The notes under the pieces are model-generated. The model was not told where the DNA came from. It saw nothing but the letters and a program-made list of their open reading frames with translations, and ran no database searches. A program made the position numbers and the translations under genes. From positions 558,001 to 622,000 of the forward strand of contig JAQGDQ010000004.1 in the NCBI GenBank assembly GCA_030141605.1: a stretch of 64,000 nt of DNA. The letters are read 5' to 3'. Positions within the stretch are counted from its first letter, which is position 1. Each line of letters starts with the position of its first letter. This DNA is from Tubiluchus corallicola (taxonomy: Eukaryota > Animalia > Priapulida). This document shows positions 1 through 13,284 of the stretch, piece after piece.

Positions 1-1751
1 TACGTTTGAAAGTGTGACATAATTTGCACACATAATAGTAAGTAAGGTAATAAGCATACTAACTTTAACAAGAGTTGATTAATTCTGCGATGGAGATAAG
101 GCACATTACAGATATTCACCAAACAAGTAAAGTAGAATTTCAAAACACTGTACAATAGTATTTGTGATACGAGTGTGCCATCACGTAAATGATTTAAATC
201 TGATCAACTTTAATCAATGAATTTAGACAAACTAAGACACTGGCATAATGAATCACAGAAGTAGTAACATCAATGAAATTTCCAGGCCATTTGTTTGTTA
301 TGATGAGCAAATTTTTAATTTTGGTTAAATGTTTTCCAGCTATATCAGTTATTCTGGCCAAATGTTCTAAATTCAATCTCTAGATTCAATTTCTTCAACG
401 TTCTGTACATTTCACACAAGATTCAACTCCTTAGTCATAAATTATTATATTTATTGATTTATTTTAAAATATAGGAATGTGTTATTTTGGTGAACATTCG
501 AAACAAAAAGTAAATTACACTATTCCAGCCCGCTTCAGCTTTTTAACACATCACATTACCTTATATGTTACCAAAGCAGGGAAACAACCTATATTTTTGC
601 ATACAGATCATCTCTCATTGTACTGTAAAATGGCACAGTAAAATGTGTTATTTTCTAACACAGTTAATAAGCACATATAATGCATAAAAAAGGAGCTTGC
701 AGAAAAATAACAAAATTAAAAATAGTGACCACTCTGTCTTTCGTAAAAATTACATAGATAGAAGTTTGTTGACATATGGCCAACACGGTCGATCAAAACA
801 ATAATAAATATTTCATATAATAGATTGCATGCATGTTTGGATAAATTTTGCCACTGCACATTGTATTACAGTGTTTTATGGCTGCATCAGACAAAACAGT
901 TTTTCATTTTCAGTTAAAGTGTTAAAAGTAGGAACGTACTGAGAAACTGTGCTCAAAATTAAAGTTACCTGCAATGTATTGAGCAGTACAAAAAAATGAC
1001 ATTTATCTTCAACAACATTACAAACACACTAAATTGTTTTTGCCAGAACAAACATCAGTAAAAAGTAACATCTTGTTATTTGTTACAGATAAATTACTGA
1101 AGTACCGAATTACGGATCATCAATAAACAAACTGTAGTTGTTGGTACTACCTGCTTACACTGAGAAAATTAATATAAAGAAATCTTCACTTACTGGGTTC
1201 TTAATTTCAAACAGAACTTTCTTATCCTAAAATCTGACTCTTTACTTTTTTAAGTGGTTGAATTTAATTCGTAAAAGGATTTAACTTTACACAGCACACT
1301 TTTGAATAAAAGTCAATCCCAACTTAAATTTGAAACAACAGTTTGGTATTAAAATCTTACAACACTATAGAAATACATATTAAGCTATCTTCACACAAAT
1401 ACTCAATAAACTCATACTCTCACTTAATTTTTTACACAGGTATTACAAATCAAAAAATTTTACAATTAGTTCCCAGAAAACTGCATGCATTCCACATAAA
1501 ATCATGTCCGTTTTGTCACTTGCAGGCAAAACTGCATTGACTAATTCTAATTCAAATTAAGACTATCATAAACTTAATAAAGTTAATTTTGAAATCGCTC
1601 GAACACCAAGTATCTCTTCCACAGCACAGAAGTCCGTTTATATGACAAAAAATTACAAATTACGGGATACACAGTGAAAATATAAGCCACAGTAGTTTTC
1701 GACAGATATAACTAACACAGCATTAGTTTACTTTAAAAATGTTCTAAACGA

Positions 1752-3044
1752 TTAAGCAGTTTTTACAGTTGCATCATGCTGTACATGCTGAACCATTCTA
1801 ATTATTACCCATATATTGACCATAAAAAACATTACTCCTGCTAACCATATGTACATGAAAGTGTTATATCCTTCAAATTCCAGATAATACGCAGGTATCA
1901 GCCAAACACCTTGCACAATAAACCAAGGCAGCCAGGTAATTAAAAATGAAGAAAATGAGCAGGAGCAACGAGGCAAAAGTATTGGCACAAAACAAAGAAA
2001 CCAAAGAAAATACTGGGATGTACAGACTTTGTTAAAAGTGACAAATGTGAAAGTATGTAAAAACCAACAGAGTGTCGGGTCATCATAAAAGCAAAACGAA
2101 AAAAGTAACAATAGACACAACTGTGGAAGGAATGGTAATAGACCAAAGTAAGAGGACCAAACAGAGTGTTCAGTGAGGTACAGCATGTAAAAATAGACAG
2201 AGAAATTATGTCTAATATCTTTCCTTGTCACGTGATAAAAATAAGCATTATCAAGAAACTCGTATCCATATAGCTGGTAACTCCACATAGTAAGGCACAA
2301 GAAGCCTGCAAATGCAGCAACACCAAAGCACAGAGAACTGTAGGAAGGCCACAGAACATTGATGAATCTATGAAGATGTACATTTGTCTTGTTACGCGAG
2401 GATTTCCAATTCAAAAACAAGTATATGGGTAAGCAATATGTAAGTGGATATATCTTAAAATGCACAGAAATACCATAAACTATTCCAGCACACATGATGT
2501 TACCATTCAACATCAGCATAAGCGTCGAAAGCACAAGTGCTACCATGATGGATTCGGCATTCCCTCTTGTAGACACAATTATGGGCAATGGATTAAATAA
2601 CCACAGACAAGCATATGCAAAACACTGTCTGTCGATATCCCTTTCTTCTTTTATTAGATGAATGGAAGCTCGAGGGAGTTTTACATCACTAATGTAAATT
2701 CCAAATTGCCCAACTTTCTTCAAAATTCGATATATCAACCAGCCTGCAAACACATCAGTTAGCACAAACAGAAGCTTCCCAGATGATTCGTGAAGTACTG
2801 TATTTAGTGTCAACATCCAGGCCAAGAGAGGTGTATACCGATACGTGGCCCGATTGTAAGGAGACTGGTTCTGTATTATATACTTTCCAGCATCGCTAAA
2901 TACACGATAATCTACGTCGGTATATTTTACTATATGCGTCTTGTCATGCCACATTCCGTAACTCAGTAGAAATAATCGTAGCAAAAGTGAAAAGCCGAAA
3001 ATGGTTCTGCCATTGGCAATCACGCTCATCATGGTGTGAATCAT
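1752..3044 (-). CDS. PIGM: GPI alpha-1,4-mannosyltransferase I catalytic subunit (PIG-M), intronless CDS, 430 aa
   Basis: ORF has PIG-M motifs VKYTDVDYRVFSD, SPYNRATYRYTPLLAW, STRGNAES, HFKIYP, RKDIRHNFSVYFY, FNKVCTSQYFLW; multi-TM. Splice acceptor (ttttttgctgtag) ends 10 nt before the ATG. Confidence 0.95.
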   Translation of the reverse strand: MIHTMMSVIANGRTIFGFSLLLRLFLLSYGMWHDKTHIVKYTDVDYRVFSDAGKYIIQNQSPYNRATYRYTPLLAWMLTLNTVLHESSGKLLFVLTDVFAGWLIYRILKKVGQFGIYISDVKLPRASIHLIKEERDIDRQCFAYACLWLFNPLPIIVSTRGNAESIMVALVLSTLMLMLNGNIMCAGIVYGISVHFKIYPLTYCLPIYLFLNWKSSRNKTNVHLHRFINVLWPSYSSLCFGVAAFAGFLCLTMWSYQLYGYEFLDNAYFYHVTRKDIRHNFSVYFYMLYLTEHSVWSSYFGLLPFLPQLCLLLLFSFCFYDDPTLCWFLHTFTFVTFNKVCTSQYFLWFLCFVPILLPRCSCSFSSFLITWLPWFIVQGVWLIPAYYLEFEGYNTFMYIWLAGVMFFMVNIWVIIRMVQHVQHDATVKTA

Positions 3045-3269
3045 CTTAGCTAATCTACAGCAAAAAATGATTCAAAGTTTTTAATCAATAATGATGAAAG
3101 CATTGATGATGAGTCAAATGTTCGTTCAAATAATAATAACAATATGACCATTAATTGCAACTGTCACCTTTAGTTTAATAAGATTAATTTGACACACGGC
3201 TAGCGAAGCCATTTGTGGTTGCTGCATTACTCAAATTTAAACTACAAAAACGAAGCTTAATTAGAACCG

Positions 3270-3815
3270 GAGTTTTGAATTAGAATCCGAATCAGAGCTT
3301 TCACAAAATTCGACCCGATTTGGTGAAGTACTATGTTACTCTAGATGCGACCAGATTTGGCAGAATTAAAAAAAAATCAGCTTATTGCAAAAGCAATTAC
3401 TCTTTTGCCACTTTTGTCCAAAACATGAAATCGTATATGAAAGTGCCAATCACATTACGATTTTAACTACTAGTTTTAACAAAAATGTTAAGATTTCTTG
3501 TATTACTTTTGCACAAAGCAGCACACAATATGGCCCAGATGAATGCAGTTTATTGTCATTCACATTTTTTCATAGTATGCAGGTAATGGCACTCCTAAAC
3601 CATTCGAACAAAATTCAGTTTACAGAAATACCTAAAAAAGTCGAGATACGAATTCGATTTGATTTAAAAAATTATTTGACATTGAGATTGGATTTAATCT
3701 GGATATGAACATTATTTTAAACTGAAGTTATGATTTGATCGGGATTCGAAAATTATTACAAAATGAGATTTGGTTTAGATTCAAATTCGGTAATTTCTGA
3801 CTCGTGACAGCCCTA
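3270..3815. mobile_element. TTCGA-rich MITE-like interspersed repeat remnant
   Basis: Clusters of gattcgaa/aattcga motifs; right end gtgacagcccta resembles the TAGGG-type termini of other MITEs in the window. Left terminus not identified. Confidence 0.4.
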
Positions 3816-3962
3816 ATAAAATCTAATAAACCCCAAATCGATCTACCTTACAAATAACCAACTAAATGACAAAAAAGTCTTTGTTACATGCATCAGAGAC
3901 AATAAGTATTATATAGTTAAAGTACCTTAATTATTCTAAGTCAGCAAGTGCAGGTAAAATAT

Positions 3963-6900
3963 TCAGTGTCTATTGCTGAAGATTTTTCGCAAAGTAACAA
4001 TGAACAGATGAAGGTTGAGAGTTTTGTTCAATTTCTTTACAAGCTCATCAAGCTCATCAAATGACGGTTCACAAACAGTAACTACAGCAAAACAAAAAAC
4101 TATAACAAAGTACAGTAAAAAAAATCTCAGTGCAAACATACTATCATCAAGTGTTATGGTAACTGTATTATTATTTTGATACATTTGAAAATAGTTCATG
4201 TCGGGTGGAAAACACCTTCATACAGAAGCAACTTATAAAAAGAGATTACAGAGATAACATAGCACAAAGTTAAATATGATCTACTTTCCAGCTAATGCAT
4301 GTTACATATAGAAGAAAGACACATGACGCTTTTATTGGTCTTACAGGTAACAGTGTTTTAGGCCCCATGCAAACATGCAGTTTTCAGTTGCACAATTAAA
4401 AGTTGTGCAACTGAAAATTGCGGAAAATGTGCTGGTGTACAAAAATCGAGCAGGCAATTTTAAATTGTAAAACTGCCTCTATTGTGATTGAAGAGGATGA
4501 GTGTATTATTAATTCACAAAAAAAACAAATTGGCACTGGAAATGTTGGGCTTAGCCAATGCTAGACAGGGTTTAATGAAAGGGAAATTTTATAAGTCTAT
4601 AAAGTTAGTTTAGTTAAGTAATCACTAAATTTTTTGATTACTACTGGATAAGTCCAAATAGTTTTGGTGAAATGCTAAGTATTGCTGGGCTATACATTAC
4701 CTATCTCAACATTACGTGGAGATAAAAGAAAAAACACTTTTATTTTTGGGCTTTTCTGTCCGCTCTATGTAAGCACACGTGGGCATGTTTTACAACATAA
4801 TCGGTGCAAAATTAAACCTCATTCGTGTAGCAGCTGTAATATAATGGCACACAGTATCTTAACAACTAAAACTGCTTAGTGCTGAATGAATAAATGGAAG
4901 GACCTATGCAGTTATGATACGATATCAATTCATAAGAGAAGGTTAAATTATTTTGTCCCATGAATTTGGTACAATTTACAGTTCATATATTTAGAGTATG
5001 GCAACTTGAGTGACTGACCAGGAATATAATTTCTAAGCAGTGCCCATTATTGTGAAAGGCCACAGCATTTTGAAGAAATCAGCAGTGGGCAGCAGAAATG
5101 TGTTGACTGTACAGAGGAGCGATCGCACGTACTGTACACTTTCAGAATTTCAAGTTTTGGTTTCCAGTTTCTAAATTTGTCATTGAATCTCTTGAAAGAT
5201 GGTAGTAAAGATAGTAAGAATGATTTAAGTTCATTAATTTGTTTTTCTTTTCTCTCTTTGTATGTTTAGTGATGCCTATTCATAAGGCACTGCCTTCTTC
5301 TTATGCTCAACTACTTGATTAATGAAAATTGCACGTCTGCACACTCTTATTGACTTCAGTTATTAAAAGATTTTCCAAAGTTCTTTTACAAGTGCAAATG
5401 AAAACTGCATGTCTGCATTGGGCCTTAGTCTAAACATTTTTTTCGAACAAAATTATCACGAATGCGTAACATACAGAAGACTAAACAATGACTGGCTGAT
5501 ATGTAAGCCTGTCTTAACACCTTTCAGAAACTAATAAAATAACTACCATAATAATTGCCCGTCTCTGCGTCAACACCAATGTTCACAAAAAACACTTGAT
5601 CTGCATGTTTCTCATTTACATTCCTAAATATAATTTGGAGCAACCCATCTGAAATAATAGCAAATTTGTAAGTCCTCTATTTGTGCACAAAATTTATAAA
5701 TATATCATGCACAATGCGACAATGATGTTATATAACTGATATCTCTAAAAATTACATTCTGTTAAAAAGGTGGACAGCAAAATCAGGGAAAATTTGCAAG
5801 TACTTCATAACAAAAATAAAATACTGTAAAAGCAAAGTTAAAAATCCCCTGTAGAAAGCCAAATCACTTACATCTTGTGAAATATGTTACATATAATTCA
5901 ATAAGCGAAAGTACTAACCCGACGTTTTTTTCAGATGGAGCTGCAAAATATCTTTGTATAAATGTATTTGCTTTAAAGCTTTCTCTTTCGACTTTTTTAA
6001 ACTGTCTTCTTTCGACTCAAGCTCTGAAATTATCAAAGCCAAATATCAAATATTCATAAGAAAATAAAATGTATCTATGCACAGCAATATTCCACGTCAA
6101 TTCGACAGGACAAATGCAGCAAAAGTCATGTGATGAAGTTTAAACAACAAATGTTTTTAAAAGGTAATTTCAGACTAGTTGACATGTTTGTGAAGGGGTC
6201 AGAAACTGAAGATTTTGCAAACAATAGTTGTAAAATTCAGCCTTAAAAATTAAGAGACAGCCTTTTTTAAAAGTGCTATCTTCTTTTATTGAATTGCTTG
6301 AATACATGGAAAGTGCATTTCACAATGAAACCTCAGCATTTAACAGTTCAGACAATCAGGTCAAAGGTCAACAATCTTGGCATAACTTATATCGTCCAGT
6401 TTGTCTCATTGAGAGCTTTCATTTGATATACAGCATCCTACTTTTGTCTCCTCGACCACTATTTTGCCCCTAACTGGGTCACAGGTTAACGATTCACACT
6501 GTCACCTATACCATTTGATACGCCTGATCAAGACCTTTCATTTGATATGCTACATGGTACTACGCGTAGACACTCAATGCATTTCTGTTCCTGACCCCCA
6601 TTTTTCGGTTTTTGCCCCCTAGCGGAGTCGCAGATTAGCTATTCTTGTTGCAACCTATGCCATTCGATCTGCCTCATTGAGACCTTTCATTTGGTATGCT
6701 ACAAGGTTTCATTGCTCAACACTCAGTGCACTTCATTTTTCGGTTTTTGCCCCCTAGCGGGGTTGCAGGTCAGCCATTCTCGTTGTAATCTTTGCCATTC
6801 GACTCGTTTCATCGAGACCTTTCTTTGATGCGCTACACGGTATTATTCCAAGACACTTAATGCACTTCTGCTCATAACCCCCCATTTTTCAGTTTTTGCC

Positions 6901-9900
6901 CCCTAGAGGGGTTGTAGGTTAACCATTCTCATTGTAACCTATGGCATTCGACGTGCCTCATCGAGACCTTTCACTTGATATGCTACACGGTACTATTCTA
7001 AGACACTTGATGCATTTCCGTTCCCAACCCCCATTTTTTGGTTTTTGCCTCCTAGCGGAATCACCCATATTTTGCCATATCCAACAACAGCAACAATAGC
7101 AGATGGATCCTCAAGAAAAATAAAAAAGACCCGACCGCACCGCGTGACCTTTGACCCGGCAACTCGGGTCAAGTGTATACGTATATAACTTTGGCCAGTG
7201 AGTGTACCCTGTGAGTTTTTAAAGGACACCCCAAATTTTACATTTTGGCGCCTCAAATTTTGTGTTTATTTTCACTTTCGTTAACTTTTTAGCCCGCTTA
7301 AAATAATTTAATTCATACAGCCAAAGTAACAAAGTTTTGTACAGAAAAAAGTGTACAAGTCATACATACTACATTTGCTTTTCTGATACACTTCTCGAGT
7401 TTCAGATATTTGCTGTCGGGTACCTTCACATGCACGCAGTAAACTGTCCAACTCAGTTCGAGCCTGTGTGCACTTTTCTTGAATACTGCTTACCTCTGAT
7501 GAATTATTTTCTTGCGCTGAAAACATAAAAAACGTGTATCACAAGTCAAATACATAAAAGTCACACATCAGTCACAAAAAAATAAATAAATATAAATACA
7601 TACAAACAAATATATAGAATCTGATAGAATCTGATGCAGGAAAATTCTGATTCTTGCCTTTACCATATCTTACAGTTCAAAAGATTTTGATAGCAACTGT
7701 TTTTTCAGCTTAAACTTCGAATCTCAGATTCGGCCTGCTTAACGGATTTTTTATTTTTTGTGTAATGCTGAATTATGGAGAAATTATGTTTCCTGTGTAC
7801 AAAGGAAACAAAAAAAAACAGATACTTTCTTGAAGAATGGTGCATTGTGGGGCATAACAGTCCACATACCTTGAAGTTTTCAGATATCAGCATAAGCTTG
7901 CTGTGAGTAATCTCCTTAGTTAGTATATTTTCATGCCTTTGCTAATTTCTTGCGCAATTGTTATTAATTATAATGAGCTGCATTACAACAAGTTTAGTTC
8001 TACTTAAGTAGTTTCCCAGTCGCGGGCTAAGATGGTCTAGGCTAGATTTAAATAATCTCACATCTTTTTGTCTCTTCTAGAAGTGCATCTTCCTCCAGTT
8101 TTAGTACACTCAGTTGTTGTTGTATAGTGTCTATAATAATAACACCTTCATTAAAAAGGAAATAAAATCTCAAAATAAGAAAAGTTAAGTTTTGAGCTAT
8201 ACCAATGAAGTCTATAGTTCTAAGAATAATAAACAACTATAAATGACAGCTGGAATACATAATACGTATACACAAACACGCTCATGTGCACACCACAACA
8301 ATCTACATGCACACTGCTTGAGGCACTCGTAATGTACTAAATTAATAATTACTAAATAAATGACTAATTAATAAATTAATGTTAACTAATGAATTAGTAG
8401 TCACTGTACCATTGCAACGATTTATCATACAATACTCGATTTACAGCACCAGCTGCAAATTCTGAAATACATTTGAATGTATCAAGTAAAAGCTAGCACA
8501 TAAAACAGTGGCAAAGAAACCAAATACAGGCAATTATATAAAAGTAACAGCTAGTATCGATTTCACAAACTTTCTATTTAGGCAATACTTATTAGAAAAA
8601 AGGAGTTTATCATCACTCACTTATATTCAATAAATTCAAGTGTTCATACGCAACAAAAGCTTTAAGAAAGGGTTCAACAATCATATAGCAAACAATTACG
8701 AACATGTAATCAAGGTAAATATGTGTTAAACTACTGTTTCATACAGCAATTTTGCTGCAAAGAAAATTTAATGAATTGCTAGTGAATGCCACTTAAAATA
8801 GAGGCAACAGTGGTAAACACAGGCAAAACATTTAACAGATCAAAAGATTAAAAATGGTGCATTTTAATTTTTCTTCTGTTATTTTAATGAATGAAGGATA
8901 GGGTGGTGATAAAAAATAACTGAGCAGTTGAATTTTGACGTAACAAAATAAATTTCAAAATAAATTGATTTGGTTACCTTTAAGCAACTAGGTGCTTTTA
9001 GCTTCAACATACAGCAAAAATGTTTCCTCCAAGAAAAAATAAACAAGTGCTTACATGGCAAACACAATGGCCATAAATATTTACAAGGTTTTATATAAGG
9101 CAGAACCATAGTCCAAGAGACGAAATAAGCACATGATAAAATACAAAAGGTCTGGGCTTTACTGATACAAAACACAGAATTTGCATCAAATCAGTTACTG
9201 AAATGAATTTAGTATTGCACAAAAAAGAGAAATAATTGAATGTTAAACACTTTAGCTGTAACAAAACTGTAACTGTAGAAAACCTAACTGTAATAAATAT
9301 TTTTAAATGGATCACGAAACGATACTGTCCTCATAATTTTAATTTTCTTCATCCTCACTGTATGCATCGTCACCAATGATCTCATCATCGTCATCAATAT
9401 CACTTTACTCATTCAAGAGAATTCTATCTAAGAAAACAGGTACTTGCGGTTCCTTGATCCACTTTGGTGAATACTTATTGATTTTTAACGGCCAGCCATT
9501 GTCCAGTGGATTGTTTATTAGCGATTCACCTTTTGTGGCATGATTCAGTCATGATTGCCACAAGTGAAATTTTCTTTGAGGATTTTCTCATAAAGTGCAG
9601 TTCCACATGGAGGTAACATACTCCCACTAATGCCCTTAATTTTGTGAAAAGGAAAATGATTTTGTGGAGAGTATACATCCACATATTTCTGTACCCTTGC
9701 GTCATTCATATTGGTCGGTTTTTTTCTATGCAAACAGTTTACAAACATATTGATAGAATGCAGGGACTGTCATGTTGTTAACTGTTTCATAATGACCTAG
9801 AGTTGTAAATGCCACTTATGCCTTAAATTTTTTTTCCTAAAATAGCTAAAGATCTTGCTTTGTCTTGTAGTGAAAAGGCTGCTACATAATCTCATCCAGC

Positions 9901-12601
9901 AAAGCTGTGGAAACTAGCTAGGATAGGGATTTACATAAAGCCTTTCCTAGTACTGCTACCAGCTTCATAAAATCAGTATATCTCAGTGCGTTTTTGACTG
10001 AATCTGTATCATAAGTCTGTTGGTACCTTCATGTCAGGTTCCAAGATTCCATAGTGTGTATCTCTGCTTATCAAGTGAGCTCTTTTATCTCTTTTTAGGT
10101 CTTTCACGAATGGTGTTACTGAACAGTCAAAAACCATGTGAAAAGTCTGGCCTTGTTTTTTCATTATATGCCTTGCAAGGCACCCAAAAGCGATTTCTCC
10201 TTAGAGATGGAGCAAAAAATTAATATAACTATTGTTCAATCAGGCTTTTGGTGGATTACTTTCAACTTTCACTTCCTTTCTGAGGCTTGTCTACGCAGTT
10301 GAGATCCCATGGCACAGGTGTCAGTGGGTATTTATGAATGAGAGTATCAAAATGTTTGTATCTATGATTATTAGATTATCAACCCCACTGAACAAATTTG
10401 CAAAATAATCTTAATCGCCTTTTTTAGCTTTCAACCAATGTACATTGACTAATAAGTTTCTTTTTGTACAACAAGAAGGCTGCCATTATTATTTACAAAT
10501 TTTGAGGTGAAATTACAAGGTAAAACACAAAACTTAATGAGCATTACTTTGACCCAAATTATGTGCTTAGTATGATAGGAACCCGTTGCTTAGATTGGTG
10601 ATTAGTTATCACACGACAGTATTTAAACTTATCTCTAAACTTCTCTAAACTTATGAGATTGCAATTAACATGAATATTTACACAACATTTTGTTTTTGCA
10701 ATTATCGACAGGCACTTGCATGGGAGGGTGTGGCTCGTGTTTTTGAGGTAGTTGAATTGTATCTGCAGTATTATCTCAAGTTAATGACATACCAATGAGT
10801 TAAACCTTAGGATAGCCATTTGTTCTAACCAAGATACTTTCTCGTGAACCATACTTAGCACATATCTATGGATTTTGCTCAAGGAAAAGCGCTAATTTGT
10901 AACTATGTGCATACAAGCAGGGGCATGGTCTACTCTAAGAAAATGACCATAAATAATTAATCAAACAATGCTAAATACAAGTTGGCATTTCTTTAATTAC
11001 TTACTTTAACTGAATATAGTCTTATGACTAAAATACTCTTTACCAGCACATAATTTTGACATTAGTACATCTTAACCATTGCATATGCCATATGATTAAA
11101 TTATTTACTGCATTAGACTGCTATTTGGTCTCCATTATCTCTCAAACATTTATATAGTATACATATTTTCAATTTTATTTTCGCGTATTTCCAACCATCA
11201 TATTACATCATCATCATCATTAAACATGGTCATATTCACACGTTCATATTGTACCAAAAACAAGGAAGTAAACAAAATGAGTCTTTTTGGGGGCACTGTA
11301 TAGATTATACCAATTTAAAATGTACAAACTTTACAACTGATCATCATGATAATATTAATTCAATTAATAATGGTTGGCTGTGTACCCCGTGATTGCAGTA
11401 CATACTAACTTTCGACAATATTTCAGGTGATAGTGAATTTCAACTTTACTTTTAATGAAAAACACTCTTGAATTCATTCATAATTCTCTTGGATATGATT
11501 CAGAAGCCATAAATAGCATTGACACAGGCAACTAACTTTTACTCACAATATTAACAGGTAGTAAATACTATACAAAAGATCATTTCCACCCTCTACTATA
11601 CAATTTAAAATTCAAACAATCCATTGTCTTTGTTACATTTAAATATCAGAATCTAAAAGCCAACTTTGAATACATAGTTACATTTCTTAACCTAATGGAA
11701 GAAAAATCTTCTACAATAGCACAGTCTATTTGACGAACCCAATCTGAAATGTCAATTACCTGGTTACAGTCTACTTGGTCTCACTAAGAAACATAAATCT
11801 GGTGATGCGTTTGTTCTTTTTTTCAAAACAACATTGTGTATGCAGTATATAAAGATTTAAATCTAACTAATGAAAATTTTGAGATGTTCTTTAGCAAATT
11901 ACAGTGCCTAACTAGAAAAATATATTAAATGGTTCCATATATAGATCATATATAAAAACCACGTAAAAGAAAAAAATTATACAACTTTTTTTAAAAACAC
12001 ACATAATTAGCTTAATTCTTTTTTATCTTAATCACTGTTTCATACTCTGGAGAAAACATATTTCAAAATCATCTAATCTAAAGAAAATGTTTGCGCATTC
12101 TTTATAAATAGACCAGAAGAACACACAAAGATTAATAACACTCATTTTAAAGAATGTAAAATATTATCAGTTGATGGTCTAGTTAATTACAATTTAAGTA
12201 TCTACATGTACAAAACAGTTAATAAACTAATGCCATTATTTTTTTAATCCAGTTGAATTAAATATTAAGCTTCATAATACTACATCAATTGAATTTAAAA
12301 TACAGTACTGCAGAACAAACACAGCCAGACATCATTCAGCATTCACTGGGCCATCACAATGGAATAAGATACATACAGAAATAAAAAATTATGCTAAATG
12401 ATAATATATATTCAAATACAAGTTTAAAAAATCAATACCTGGCACTTGCCGAAAGAATTAATCAGTTTCTGCAACTAAAAATGCACATCTTTATTTTCTA
12501 CAGTTCAATATTTCATTTCTGACACTGCAAAAATGGCTCACTTGGTTTGAGCATCACCACCTTGAAGCATCATCATCATTAGCACCAATTCATTATCGAC
12601 G

Positions 12602-12634
<33 letters not shown>

Positions 12635-13284
12635 CCATCACCATTGCCAACAGCATTAATATCACCATTACAGTCATCATCATCATCATCAACATCGTCA
12701 TTATTGTTGCCTCACCTCCATTTGTTTTATTTCATTTAGCAGCCTGTATTGTTTGACTATGTTGCAATTAAGGCCTATCCATATTAAGCATAGCTTAAAC
12801 TCTTAATTTAATTTCTTCTGCTACACTCACAGCACTCCAATCCTGCAATCTTAACACTTTGCATATTATAATATTGTGCTAAGGGATAAAAATAAATAAA
12901 TCTAAATCTAAACATCTAATTTATAGCCTACCTTGGTCTTTCACTTTTCTTGTTTCACACTCTACACGTACTTGTTTTCGAATCTCTCGAAATTCTTTTA
13001 CCTGAAGTATTGTGAAAACGATTCTTCAGCTAAATCCACTTTACATATGGTCATACTTATATCACAATTGGAAACATAAGCTGTCCAAATATTATATATA
13101 TATATAAACTTTAGGTCTACATTCAGAATGCTATTTGTCATAGCTCTTGAATAGAAAGAACATTTTCGCGTACTTGAAATGTCTGTTGTCTTACCTTTTT
13201 TACTAAAGCTCCATGAACAGTATCCAAAAGCTTATCGTGTTTGGCATAATCCTGATCATTCGGCAGAGAGCTCAACAGAGACAT
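3963..13284 (-). CDS. SPC25: Kinetochore Ndc80-complex subunit SPC25, about 233 aa, 7 coding exons
   Basis: Exons 13284-13195, 13001-12932, 8130-8062, 7516-7370, 6023-5919, 5648-5547, 4081-3963; all GT-AG, phase-consistent, 702 nt total. N-terminal coiled coil, then YKDILQLHLKKTSDGLLQIIFRNVNEKHADQVFFVNIGVDAETGNYYVTVCEPSFDELDELVKKLNKTLNLHLFIVTLRKIF, matching the SPC25 RWD-like C-terminus as I recall it. Confidence 0.88.
4361..5424. mobile_element. PIF/Harbinger-type non-autonomous element (MITE), copy 1
   Basis: Roughly 33-bp TIRs ggccccatgcaaacatgcagttttcagttgcac ... gtgcaaatgaaaactgcatgtctgcattgggcc, flanked by TTA on both sides (4358-4360, 5425-5427). Confidence 0.8.
6400..7260. repeat. 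Diverged tandem array (about 5 units of 120-150 bp) ending in a GC-rich hairpin; Helitron/Helentron-like non-autonomous element
   Basis: Recurring agacctttcatttgatatg (about 6412, 6531, 6680, 6815, 6965) and ggtttttgccccctag motifs; palindrome ttgacccg-gcaact-cgggtcaa at 7151-7172. Family assignment is inference. Confidence 0.65.
9330..10500 (-). mobile_element. Decayed DNA-transposon coding remnant (Academ-like transposase C-terminus)
   Basis: Minus-strand fragments YPLTPVPW (about 10300-10335), MNDARVQKY...MLPPCGTALYEKI (9545-9748) and an acidic tail (about 9350-9410); many stops and frameshifts. Confidence 0.45.
11400..12250 (+). mobile_element. Decayed LINE (L2/CR1-group) endonuclease region
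   Basis: Plus-strand fragments PLSLLHLNIR (about 11620-11650) and GSIYRS (about 11931) resemble APE-domain motifs; no intact ORF. Confidence 0.45.
12565..12700. repeat. (CAT)n imperfect microsatellite
   Basis: Visible catcatcat runs. Confidence 0.9.

Noticed and set aside
3926-3965. SPC25-PIG-M fusion protein by stop read-through
   Set aside because: The spliced spacer is 47 nt (out of frame) and has a TAA in the PIG-M frame.
6400-7100. CRISPR-like appearance of spaced repeats (also 36370-36700 and 54754-54912)
   Set aside because: Eukaryotic context, no cas genes, and the intervening sequences are homologous to each other rather than unique spacers.
12565-12700. Poly-Asp or poly-His coding exon in SPC25
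   Set aside because: Simple (CAT)n repeat; SPC25 reconstructs to normal length without it.
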